From contig CM022679.1 of assembly GCA_012295275.1 (NCBI GenBank), positions 21,576,001-21,640,000 of the forward strand: a stretch of 64,000 nt of DNA, given 5' to 3'. The notes below the pieces were generated by a model that was not told the origin of the DNA, did no database searches, and saw nothing but the letters and a program-made list of their open reading frames with translations. A program made the translations under genes and the position numbers. Source of the stretch: Chrysomallon squamiferum. Taxonomy: Eukaryota > Animalia > Mollusca. Shown piece by piece: positions 15,899-28,753 of this stretch. Numbering within the stretch: position 1 is the first letter of the stretch; each line of letters begins with the position of its first letter.

Positions 15899-18800
15899 AG
15901 GTTTGTTTTGCTAAATAAATAAACAGTAACTTAGAATGAAATTACTATCTCTCACACTAATTTGTATTTCAGACACATTTATATAAATGATATTGTTTTG
16001 TAAAAATAAAAATAAAAAGAGTAAAAGGATAAAAAGAACTGATTATTATCAATCACTATATAAAACTGAATACCTGACACAAAATTTGATTGCATGTGCA
16101 TGTTTGTTTGTAACAGAAAATCATTGTTATCCTCTCAGTTAGGAAATAATCTTAATCAGATTTCATTTAATTTAAGTCAGGTGGGTATGCAATGAACACC
16201 TCATGTTAATATGTCCAATTTTAAAAGCCATTTATCATCACCTAGCTCAAAAATTAATTCAAGAATAATAGCTTTATCTCCATTCTGCCTTGATTAAAAC
16301 ATTTTAAATGCAAAAAGAAAAAGCATGAACAGGCACAACAGACCCATTTTGTTGTAGTGATAATCATAAATCAAATTAACAGATGTGAGGCTGTATCTAA
16401 TACATTAACAACACTGAAATAAAATCTTTTTATAACAACCTCCCCATCCTCACAAAAAGTTAAAAATTAAACAGTCATGCCACACTCAAAATTTATTTAT
16501 GTTTATATAAATTAAAACCAATTTGATTGATTGCATTCCATATCTGGTCCTTCAGCAGACTGGAATCTGCAGAAGTTGTTATTTTATGTAAAAGAAAGAA
16601 GAAAGATAGAGAAATTAATTTATGTATAAAGATTAAGCCAATCTACATTGGTGTTTGATTACTTATTTAGATAAAATTCATATAGTATAATATAAATATT
16701 CACATAATTCATGCTGAAATTCTTAATTAAAGGGTACAAGAGTTTGTGTTAATAAAATAACATACAATATATAAACTTCTAAATGATTCTGCTATTCAGA
16801 GTGTCAGCCAACCTTTTCTAACTATAAAGCCTGAGTGTTGTAACAAGCCTACGAAAAAAGACTTTGTGTTTCTATAAGTGTATTTATTTTGCTTACAAAT
16901 TAACACAGTGTATCTTTTATTTTCAATGATTCTTTTGTTGTACTGTAACTACAGATTTTAGAGATAATTTCCCAGAAATTCTGAATTTATTTACACTAAT
17001 AAAATATTAATAAATGTTATTGTGTGGAATGAATGGCAAAAGCAGAATGAAACAGTAAGTGTTGATTTCCATGAAAGAAAACATAAATAACCATGAGCAC
17101 ATTTAGTCTTTTAGTTTTAACTTAAATTATTTGTTACTAATATTATTGATGTAGATTATTATTATTATTATTATTGATATATATTTTTAAAAGAACTGTT
17201 CTCAACAAAGTTAAAAAGTTTTTGGAATGAGCACTAATTTTCATTATGTATAGATTCTCCAGAAAGAAGACAAAATAACCTAAATGATCATCAGTATATT
17301 TTGAGTTTTAGTTAATTTATTTGTTATTAATTTTAATGCTGTAGATTGTATTTTTTTATTTATATTTCAAACAGATCTGTTCTGAAGAAATTAAAAAAAA
17401 AAAAAAAAAGTTGGAATAATTACTATAATTATCATTATAATCATCATAGTCATCATCATCCTCATTATTGTTTTTATTATGCTGTTACTGTCTCTTTTTG
17501 TTACGGTATCAATAAATTATTACTGAAAGCATAATTTAATGGTTTTATACATTTGTCATAATTTTCCTTTTCTTTCTTTATGAATACTGCAGAGAGCCAC
17601 TCTGAAGGAAAGAAAATGGATTTATATAGAAGACATTATGTTTTTATGCCAGATTACTTGACAACTGAGAATTATTTTCAGTAAACAGATTAGCTTTACT
17701 ATATTTAAAAATAAATTTCTATTTCTTTTCCTCTGTCTTTGAACAGCCTGTTGTACCACCAGGATTTCAGCCCTCTCCTCCAAGACTGTACAAAGTTGGA
17801 CTAGGAAAAGGTTACCTGGAATTACCTCAAGGTAAACACTGTTATAATAAATAAATAATTTTTCATTTCTTCTTTTTTTTTTGTTCAAATGTGTGGTAGA
17901 CTTATTAGTATCCTACTGAATTATTATCATATCATCTTTTGTATAAGCTTTTTATAATTTGAACGACTGTGAATTTTCATAAACTTTTCATATATTTTTA
18001 AGGATGTTATTATTTATTTATTTATATTTATTTATTTAAAATTCAATAAAATGTATACATTTCATTATTTGGTTTTACTCTATCTCATTTTACAAATTTT
18101 AAATAATAACTTTTATTTTTTTAAATTAAATAACAAACCTTTCACAGATTTTCAGGAAGGTTTAAGCTGTAATGTTTTTTTGTGTTTTTTTTTAAGAATT
18201 CTTACATTAAAAACAAATATGTTGTTATTTTGTTTTTGTTATGGTGTACATTGTTTCAGCCTTGATGAACTAAATAGTAACTTATTATTTTCTTTTTTTA
18301 ATTTAAGTTGAAATTCCCAGAGGTCAGCTAGTGCAGTCATTACTTGAGACAAAACAAGTCTACATTCTAGACTGCAAAACTGATGTCTTTGTATGGTATG
18401 TCATATATATATATATATATATATATTTGCTACAGTTTATTTAAACACTGTTCAATAGTTTTAACTAGAAATGACCGTTACCAGGGGCCACAAAGAAACA
18501 CACATACAGAAAAAAGAATATTTCCTTTTGGTTGAAATAAATTACATTGTAAACTGTTTAGTTAAAAAAAAAGGGCTTTTCATACCCTTTTCCACATCAA
18601 AAAAAATCTTAATTTTTCAAATAAATAATAAAAAAATGATAAATAATTTCCTCAGTAAAATACAAATTAATAAATTAGTAATTAATAATGTTCAGTTTGG
18701 CAAATGTTGATTAGACAGATAGACAGACAAAAAAGAAGTAAAAATTGGAGCAGTCTTTTTAAAGATCGTATGTGATATGCAGTTGTTAACATATGACATA

Positions 18801-19036
18801 AAGTAATTTTTGTTTTGTTGATTTGCAGGATTGGTAAAAAGTCTACAAGGCTGATTCGTGCTGCTGCCCTGAAACTGTCGCAGGAACTGCACGCAATGAT
18901 AGACAGACCTGACTTCACATCAGTCACTCGATGTCTAGAGGGGTGAGTCCATTTCTTAACCAGAAACACGTTTACTAGTTAAAACAAATTATTGAGACAT
19001 TAAAGCAGAAATGACAGTATATTGTTAGTGTTGTTG

Positions 19037-19095
<59 letters not shown>

Positions 19096-19832
19096 TTTTT
19101 TTTTTTATTGTTATTAATCATCATCATCATTACTAAATAAAATGGAAACACACAATCTTCTGTGAATCCTTATTAGCCAAGATTGATTGTTAGAATCAGA
19201 TAACACAATCACTTGGAGATATTTTAAACTCATGTATAAGATATCTTTATACAACTCCTAAAGAAGACTTAATATTCTAAAAAAAATATTCTGATGCAAT
19301 TAAGGCAGGTTTATATTTTTCATGAAATACATTTTTTTTAGTATAAAGATGTATTTTTATTTCAGTGGAGAACCTCAGATTTTTAAGACGAAGTTTGTAG
19401 GCTGGGATGACGTCATTCCTGTAGACTACACCAGAACTTCTGAGTCTGTCATTCGAAGAGGAGCTGATCTCAAAGTAAGGTTTCTTAATTTAACACTAGT
19501 AACCTGATGTCAAAAACATACATGGGAAACATCTATGATCTATCTTCTGTGTAGCCCTGTAAATTATACATTGCTGGCAGTCCACTGTGGTTGATGTATC
19601 AGAAGCTGTGGAAATGATAAATTATATATATAAATGTATATGTATATGTATATGTGTGTTGTGCATGTTTGTGTGTGTGTACACACACACATACACATAC
19701 AAAACAATAATAACAATAATAAAAATAAAGCATTATAAATCACATACCTGATCATTATATATGTCTAATATATTTGATATCTAAATTAAAATATCTGCAT
19801 AAAAAAAACTCAAACAAACAAACTAAAATAAA

Positions 19833-19878
<46 letters not shown>

Positions 19879-22350
19879 TTGCAAAAAAAAAGGAAATGAT
19901 ACTATTTTTTTTTATCAAGTAAGAACATTTTGCATACCTCAAAACAGATTTTAATATTTTGATTAAAGACCTCTATGTGAATAAGTTAGGACCACAGTCT
20001 GGAATAAGATAAGAAATCATTGTTTCTGTGGTACAGATACCTTTCTAACCTTTTTATTTCTGTGTTTTCAGGTAATCATGGAGCGTGACAAGATAAAAAC
20101 AGACTTGTCAGCTTTGTTCATGCCCAGACAGCCAACAATGTCAGCAGAGGAAGCCGTTAGTAGAATATTTACTTATCTTTACTTTAAAACACTGAACAGT
20201 TTGAACTGTCTTTAACTGGAGTTTAGTTTTTAACTAAAATTAAGTCTTAAACTGGAATTACATCTTTAATTGGAATTTAGTCTTTAACTGTTTAACTCAA
20301 AATACATGATTTAGAAAAAAAAATTAAATTATAGTTCAACTAATTATTTTGGTTTAGTTCAGAATTACAGTAGTGATTTTCTTGTGTTTCTGTACATTTG
20401 ATTAGTTATTATAATATTACTGATAAATTTGGGAATAATAAAGATAAATTCAGGTAAATGAAAAAATAGAGCTTTTGTTAATTCCATGGGAAGGAACAAA
20501 ATTATTTAAAAAAATAAAATAATAAATCAGAGACAGAAATGTTTAATTGATAGAGACACATGGATAGACATGTCTTATACAGACAGACATACAGACACAT
20601 AGATGTAGATAAATTCTGTTATAATTTGTTGATCAGGCACAGTTGTCACTAGACTGGAATGAAGATTTAGATGGAATGGAATCATTTGTTTTGGAAAACA
20701 AGAAGTTTGTACGACTGCCAGATGAAGAACATGGTAAAAACAGAATTTCAGCTTTAAATAATACTCGGTTTTTATATTTGTGGGTATATGTGTCAGTGGC
20801 TGTGTTTGTCTTTGTATGTGTCTGTCAGAGTGCTTCTTTGGGTATGTCTTGGTTATGTGTATGTATTTTAACATTCTGTTTGAGAATATTTAAGTTATAT
20901 TATTTATTCTCACATTTAAAAATTGTTCCCCTTTTTTTCTTTTTTTTTATTATTAGTATTATTAAAATTTAATATTTCAGTACATTAAATGTACTCATTT
21001 TATTCTTGTTTTTAAAACTTAATATTCTAGCTATTTTTAAAATACTTCCTTTTATTATTGAAATTGAATATTGCAGGATCTTAAATAAATCTATTTTATT
21101 AAATATTTCTCAAACTTAATACTCTATTTTTTTTTAAATCTGTTTATTATTAACATTTCAACCTACTATTAAACCAACTAAAACTCAGATTTTTTTAAAA
21201 TTAACGTTTTAAATAAGCCTGTATGTGAAGATTGATTTAAAAAGACTCTCTGAATCACTGGAGGTGTATTTGTTTGTAACATGTTAATGTTGTTTAACGC
21301 AGGCATCTTCTACAGTGAGGACTGCTACGTGTTTCTGTGTCGGTACTGGGTCCCTGTGGAGCTGCCCGAGGGTGAGGAGGAGGAGGATGAGGAGGAGCCC
21401 CCTGAGGATGACATCAGGTGCATTGTGTATTTCTGGCAGGGTAGGGACGCGTCTAACATGGGCTGGCTTACCTTCACCTTCAGGTTAGTGTTGACAATCA
21501 CTACTTGTCGATATTTCAGTCTGTCTATATATTTGTCTATCTGTCGATGTTTTATTTTATATACTGTGTCTTGTTTGTCTGTCCACATATTCTTTTATAT
21601 GTCTTTCTTTCTAAATCTGTCTCTCTGTCTGTTATGCATATAAACAGTTTCTTGCATACAGACATGCATGTACACACACATTATCATCCACATAAATACA
21701 GTCATGCTTGAAAACAAATAAAAGGTCTCTTAGTTTTGGTAATTTTATAAAATAATGTAACAAAATAACTTTTTAGACTTTGTATTCCAAACTAAAATCA
21801 AGATAGAAGGACTGATCCAGTCAAAATACTTTGTGTTTCAATATCAGTAACTATCTAGTTCCAACAAGAGCTCCATTTTCTCATTTTCCCATTCTAGTTT
21901 TCAAAAGGGCTTCGGCTTTCCTGTTGAATGATGGTAATACTGGACATTTTTTTCACTTTTTTATATTAACATATATTATAATATATATAATGAAAAAAAA
22001 AAATAACCCATATGATTCATATTTCAGTATTACAGTCTTTTTACTATTTCAGCTTACAGAAAAAGTTTGAATCTTTATTTGGTGACAAACTGGAAGTGTT
22101 ACGCCAGCAGCAGCAGCAGGAGAATCTGAAGTTTCTGTCCCACTTCAAGAGAAAGTTTATAATTCGACGAGGCAAGCGTAAATACAAGGCTGGGGAGCAG
22201 CCACCCAAACGCAGCACGGAATTCTACCACCTCAGAGCAAATGGAAGTCCAATAGCAACTCGCTGTGTGCAGGTAGAAACTTGTTTTTTCAATTATTTAT
22301 TTAAACATGTATTTGTTTGTTTGTTGTGTGTGTGTATGTGATGTGTATGT

Positions 22351-22404
<54 letters not shown>

Positions 22405-22765
22405 GTGTGTATTTACATTCATTTTGTATGTATATATATATATATTTAAGTATATTTTGTTGTTTTATTTGTATCATTTAGATACAAAAAAAAAAAAATA
22501 ATAAAAAAAAAAATAATAAATGATAACACATATATATATATACACACACATTAAAAACCAGAAAGTAAAATAAAAATAAGATTGTGGAAAAATGTCAAGA
22601 TGAAAATATAGTGTTTGTTGTTTATGCTTTTTTTTAATTTATTTTTTCAGATTAATACAGATGCAAGTTTGCTGAATTCTTGTTTCTGGTAAGTTTCACT
22701 ACCATTTTTTTTATTTGTTTATATACTTTTTAAAACTAATTCATTACATTTTATTTTTTATCTTA

Positions 22766-22819
<54 letters not shown>

Positions 22820-25429
22820 TTGTTGTTATAGATTTGTTAGTGTTTTATTGTATTATTATTAAAACAATTTTTTCAGCTATATTCTAATGGTGCCATTTGA
22901 CAGTGAAGATTTGAGGGGTGTGGTTTACATCTGGGTGGGGAACAAGGCTGATCATGAAGAAGCTAAGATAGCTGAGGAGATTGCCTACAAGATGTACAAA
23001 GTGAGTGAAACTGTTTTTTCAGAATTCTGCATTTTTAATTGGACACTAAAGCAAAAAATAATGAAATTTTCTGACTTATAGAGGGTGTTATAAAAAAAAA
23101 AAAAAAAAAAATTACTTCCAACTCTTTCCCTCCCCAAAAACAGTGGAAATAATTAGATTTTAAATGTCAAATTAGGTAAATGAAAATCTGCATGAACTCA
23201 AATATCTTACTTAACAGAATCATGTCTAATAGTAAAAGTAGAAACTGTGGCTGCTGACCACACCCTCATTTCACAGTATGTGTCTTCATATTTTCAGTTT
23301 GTCAGTATAATTTATTAATTTACACATAATTCAGTAAGTTATTCTTATTATTAGGGAAAACGTCTTTTTGGATAATGATTATAACAGTGTTTTAAAAATT
23401 CTGGGCTGAATTTAAAAATTAACAAATGAAATGAAAAATAAAAAAAAACATTTTGTGTTTTTGGCAATTTATTTTGTTTTTGCAGTATTTAAAATATAAA
23501 AAAAATAAAAAAAAAAAAAAAAAAAAAATTTAATAATTCAAAAACCCCACAAATCTATAATTAAGAAAAGAAAAAGAAATTTCAAGTTTTAAGCATTGTG
23601 TTAGTATTTCAGTTTGTTGTGTTCCTGTCTGATTATAATTTAAATTTGTTTTGTCATCAGGATGAATACACTATACAAATGATCAATGAAGAAGAGGAAC
23701 CAGAAAATTTCTTCTGGGTTGGGATAGGAGGCAAGAAACCTTATGACAAGGTATGTGTGTATTACAGTATTTACACAGACACACACTGACATGCACACAC
23801 ACACACACAGAGAGAGACACATACACACACAGACACACATACACACACAGACACATATACACACACACTCAGAGACAGACACATGCACAGATATACAGAC
23901 ATAAAATATATACCCCTGTAAGCATGTATATATTAATATATATTACAGCAGCATTTTTGTTTTTCTCTTTCTCATACATATTACTGTCACACACAGAAAC
24001 ACACACATGCACATACACAGACACACACACACTTACAAACACATTTTCATACTCACTGACACACATACTCAAATACATGCAACATTCTCACTCACAAACA
24101 CACAACTTATAATAAAAGACATTCTCACATGCATACACACACACATACAGACACACACAAACATGCACATGAATAAACAAAATGTTCACGTGTTATTATT
24201 TAACCTCTAGGAGGCTGATTTCATGGAGGTGTGTCGACTGTTTCGATGTTCCAATGAGAAAGGATATTTCACAGTTTCAGAAAAATGTGCAGACTTCTGC
24301 CAGGTTTGTCAACACATTTATTTTAAACAAATACAAAATAAAACAAAAGAATTAAGACAACATGATTTATTCTTGCATTTCAAATAAAATTAATAATTAA
24401 TAAGCAAAATGAACAAGATCAAATAAATGATATCTGGCTTAAACACTAAAACTGCACAATTTTATATAATATTTATAAAGCATTGAATTAAAGGGAGATA
24501 ATTTGGTGTATTTCATATCTCTTTCCTTAATTATAATGAATTGGATTATTGGCCTTTGCTTTGGAGGTTTTTTTTCGAGTGGATGTGTGTGTGTTTGTTT
24601 TTCAAAAATCTTTATTTTAAATGGAAAAAAACAAATTTGCAGCAAACTTCTGAGAAAATCTGATTTGAATTTACAAAGTAATTGCACTGGCTTTTCTTTT
24701 ATATAGTTATTATATAAAATGAAATGTGTGATACAATATTATATATTTAGACTGTATTAGAACATGTTAACAGTAGTTCATTAATTAATACTGTTAATTA
24801 TTTGTAACTCAGGATGATTTGGCAGATGATGATGTGATGATTCTTGACAATGGAGAACAGGTTTTCCTCTGGGTTGGCAAGAAGACAAGTGATGTGGAAA
24901 TAAAGCTGGCCTTCAAGAGTGCTCAGGTAAAATACACTAATAATGATTAAGTACATGACTGAGATATGATAGGTACTGGGATCATTCCTTATTGGTGCAC
25001 TTTTTTTATATAGTTGATAATGTTAAACACTTAGTTGTCTGTGGAAAGTTTATATCTTTCAACAATATTAGAGACACCAAGGAATGGTTAGGTAAAATAT
25101 ACAAGTAAAGATTAAAGGGAAGCCTGAAGTATGACAGCTATCAGAATCAATCCTTCCTAGTGCCTTTTTTAAATATTTTTTGTTCCATTTGTTTTAAAAT
25201 GCAAAGCCCTTTCTTGTCTATGGAAAGTTTTATATCTTTTGCAGAAGATCAGTACATAGAGACCAAGAAATTACTTTTTAATGTTTTCTCTACAATATAA
25301 TTTAATTTCTCCTGAAAATAATTCCGTTTGATTTGACTTTATAATTAATCTTTGTCCCAAATTAAGCAGCTAGTAAGAGAAAACCACTGATTTGTATTAA
25401 TACCAGCAGATGTTTATTCTTTCACTTAA

Positions 25430-25465
<36 letters not shown>

Positions 25466-25781
25466 CATAATCATAATCATAATCATAATCATAATCATCA
25501 TAATGGAGTTTATTTATATTTATAAAATTTTCACTTATTATTTTGAGATGTCTTTAATTTTTATTAACAGCATTTTATCTGATATTTAAACTTTTAAAAG
25601 TTAAAAACATTTTGTTATTATTTTATTTTTAAATTTTTTTTTTCAGGTTTACATTCAGCATCTTAGAGCTAAGAACCCAGAAAAACCTCGCAAACTTCTT
25701 TTAGCCATGAAATACAAAGAACCGAAGAAATTCACAAAGTGTTTCCATGGTTGGGGAAAATTCAAAGAAGTTCCCAAGTAA
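2676..25781 (+). CDS. FLII: Protein flightless-I homolog (N-terminal LRRs + gelsolin-like repeats), 35 coding exons, 1237 aa
   Basis: Hand-spliced exons: 2676-2738, 3153-3263, 3760-3912, 4313-4398, 5055-5131, 5775-5859, 6582-6685, 7000-7116, 7772-7830, 8330-8487, 8848-8932, 9603-9759, 10096-10175, 10629-10702, 10970-11052, 11613-11663, 11918-12030, 12990-13175, 13582-13638, 13751-13866, 14632-14758, 17747-17831, 18308-18395, 18829-18942, 19366-19474, 20072-20155, 20637-20733, 21303-21483, 22053-22272, 22651-22688, 22877-23000, 23661-23750, 24211-24303, 24813-24926, 25647-25781. All GT-AG with compatible phases; total 3714 nt. Translation carries FLII signatures I recognise: [139 protein letters not shown]. 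Confidence 0.97.
7470..7805 (+). repeat. Degenerate tandem copies of the FLII intron 8/exon 9 junction
   Basis: TTTAGATGTTTTGGGGTGAATTTAATGAATCACTGAATCT, TTTAGATATTTGTGTGAATTTGCAACC and TAAATGTATGGATGAATTTGCAACCATTGAATCTG precede the true TTCAG|ATGTATGGGTGAATTTGGAATCACTGAATCTG. Confidence 0.75.
9136..9210 (+). mobile_element. Relic left end of a hAT-like non-autonomous element
   Basis: CAGTGGTTCCCAACC is a typical hAT/Charlie terminal motif; no matching right end seen. Confidence 0.35.
13884..14208. mobile_element. Degenerate pogo/Tigger-like MITE in FLII intron 20
   Basis: Imperfect TIR: TA-CAGCTGGAAGAATCCTCATCCAAAA on the left, TTTAGGATGAAGGATTCTCAGCCTA-TA on the right. The subterminal AAACACTTCTGGTC resembles Tigger4/MER46-type ends as I recall them. 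Confidence 0.55.
15540..15629 (+). CDS. FLII: Candidate alternative cassette exon of FLII (30 aa, [30 protein letters not shown])
   Basis: T-rich tract + AACAG acceptor, GTAATT donor, 90 nt, stop-free in the phase-0 frame set by exons 21 and 22. Downstream TGCATG and ACTAAT motifs. Not needed for alignment to canonical FLII. Confidence 0.6.
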
Positions 25782-26309
25782 CCTGTGATATTTGAACTGT
25801 GCAATCTAGGGAGGTTCCTGGGTTTTAGGGAGGGGTCCTTCATCACCATCATCATGGGTTTTATCAAATGGAATGAATTCTCATAAAAAAGGAAACAAAA
25901 ACTGTTCTGCAAAGAAAAAGACATGCTGCCAATATTTGTTTCACCTGGACTGAATTAAAAAAAAAAAATGCTGTTTATACTATTATAATAACTGCAAGCC
26001 CAAACAATGAAAATATTTAAAATTTATAACAAATACTGATTACACTATTATAATAATTGTGGGCCTTAACAACAATAAAAATATTTAAAATTTATAAAAA
26101 ATAATTGTTATTCTATTATGAAAATTGTTAGCCTTAACAATGAAAATGTTTAAGATTTATATCTTAAAATTACATTTCTACATACAGTAATGATGAAACT
26201 TTATAACAGTTTTATACTTCACATTGAAAATATTTATAAGTTAACCAACTGACACTAGTTGTAATATTACATATATTTTTTTACTTACCAGAAGTGGTTA
26301 TTTTTATTA

Positions 26310-26341
<32 letters not shown>

Positions 26342-26511
26342 GTTAGTATCATTATTGTTATTATCACTATTATTTTATTATTATTTTTAAATTATTGAAA
26401 TTATTACTATTATCATTATTTTAATAATTAAGTTCTTGGTATTAATTATACTCTAAATAATTCATACAGTCAACCAAATAACTGTTTCTGAAACAATGTT
26501 TTTAGGTGAAT

Positions 26512-26720
26512 CAAGGGTGGTAACTCTAAATATATCAGTAAGCATCGCTCATACAAGGGCGGTAACTCTAAATATATATCAGTGAACATGTCTCACACAA
26601 GGGTGGTAACTAAATATATCAGTGAACATCTCTCACACAAGGGCGATAACTAAATATATCAGTGAACCTCTATCATACAAGGGCGGTAACTCTATATATA
26701 TCAGTGACCATCTCTCACAG
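26512..26720. repeat. Minisatellite, ~40-44-bp unit, 5 copies (AAGGGCGGTAACTCTAAATATATCAGTGAACATCTCTCACAC)
   Basis: Unit starts near 26513, 26555, 26599, 26639, 26679. Confidence 0.9.
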
Positions 26721-27735
26721 AAGAAAAACAAACGGTACAGATTCCAGACGAGAACCGTTTATGCGCGAAATGAATAATCTGACAGAGATGTATACAATGA
26801 GGATAGATAACCTCAGCAGCCTGCTCCGCAACCGATTCAGCCGCAATGTCCGTGCAATTGCATGACTCGTCTGGTCTACGCCAGCGCAAAGAAGTTATGC
26901 AAAATGTCTTCGTCTGGTTATCCAGAGTTATCATTCTTTCATTATAGCCCTGAAGAAATATTTACGCTAGTTAAAGACAAAAAGGTTTAAATGCTGTAGC
27001 TGGAATATATCCCTAAACGAAAGTTAGCACAGAAAATATGACACATTTTGTCAGGTCGTTTAATAACGCTAGAAAAGATTTATTTAAAGAACGAAACAAA
27101 TTACCTGGCTTGTCTTTTGAAGAGTGTCATAAAGCTGATCTTTTTGGCTGCGGCATTGTCTATTTCCAAGACAATGATAAATTAAAGAATCATAAAGATA
27201 ATTTTTGGATCTGGTAAAATGATGCAACGAAAACTTTTATCCTTCGATCTTTTTAGCACACTTTTTACTTTTAGCATTCCCAATATTAGGCAGTGGATTT
27301 TTAATAATATTTTACAGTTTTGTGTTCCTACAGGTAATGGTATTTTAAATTATTTTAGAGTTGTACCACGTAAGCAAGCGTTAGACCAACCTTTGAATCT
27401 GTATTGGTTATACTTTATGAATAAGGATAGAATAACTGACGTTAAAGGCAAAGTGCAAGACATTGCAGCGAGACTATAGAAGGCGTTTCAGAAAAGGTAT
27501 TGAGTTTGACTCGATACCTGAGAAACTTTTCGCATATTCATTACCTGAATTGTTAAACATGAGTGACAGTAGCAATACATTCGGTGAAGGAAGCAACCTT
27601 CTTACGAACTCCATGATCAGTGCATTGACTGCGAATTCAGCTACATGCGTGCTAACTCAGACAAAAATCTTTGTGAAGAGCGAACCTCCTTGCATTGCAG
27701 TGCTTCTCGGGCGTAAATTGTTTTACTCTTGTTAA
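26721..27735 (+). pseudogene. Intronless, decayed coding-like segment of unknown family (TE- or virus-derived?)
   Basis: High-complexity island richer in GC/CpG than its flanks, with consecutive + strand open stretches broken by stops or frameshifts (PQQPAPQPIQPQCPCNCMTRLVYASAKKLCK...; MTHFVRSFNNARKDLFKERNKLPG...; MMQRKLLSFDLF...; RRRFRKGIEFDSIPEKLF...). No domain recognised. Confidence 0.4.
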
Positions 27736-28707
27736 GAACGAGTTTCTATCCTCAAACTTTGTATTGTGTCACCCTGTGTGTATTTTCTGTGTTCACATAT
27801 TATTATTAATTTTTATTATTGTTATTACTAATATTGTCATTATTAAAATTATTATTATTATTATTAATGTCATTATGATACTGTCATTATTGAATTTATT
27901 GTTATTAATACTTTCGACATTATTGTTATTAATAATAAAATAAATACAGTTTCTTACTAAGATTTTATACCTAGATTGTTTAAAAGACATCACCATTTTG
28001 TTCCAAATGAAATAAATAAATAATTTAATTATATTTTAATTTCAAAGTTGTGCAGTTTGAATCTGAATGTGATAAATATGTTTAAATGTACATAATCTTT
28101 CACTTTAGTAACAGATTAATTTTAAATGGTTTATTTAATGTTTAGACAAAGGGGATTGGACGCCATTTTTGCCATACTTTTGCACACATTTGTGCGTGTT
28201 TAATTTTCTGTTGTCGATCTGTTTTCAGTATAACTGAAGCTTTGTCACATGCAACGGACTGCTATGATAAATTTCAATATTTAAATCCTGATATTTTAAT
28301 ACTGATATTTACAAATATATAAATAAAATGCTTTTATATTATCTTTAAATCCATGCTTGAATTTGAGCACATTAAAATTTTAATGGAATTTGTACATTTT
28401 GCAGTTGCTCAACTTTCAATAAAATCGAATTTTTTTTACCAGAAAATATTTGCTAACAGTGAGTGAATATTTTATCACAGTTTCTGTTCGTATTATCCAA
28501 AACTTGATTCTGTCTCTATCTAAATGCATTCCCAATGGATATTAACTGAAATTACATTCTATCTAATGATTTGTTTTATTAACATTACATAGCAAAATTG
28601 ATTTAATAAGCATTAGTTATCTAGTCACACACAAACAGTAATTGCATATGGCAGGTGTCACTGTTATGATGCTGTTGGTTTTATTTATTATTATTATTAT
28701 TTTATAT

Positions 28708-28753
<46 letters not shown>

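Noticed and set aside
17593-17661. Possible extra FLII exon after TACTGCAG ([22 protein letters not shown])
   Set aside because: No convincing donor; runs into a stop codon.
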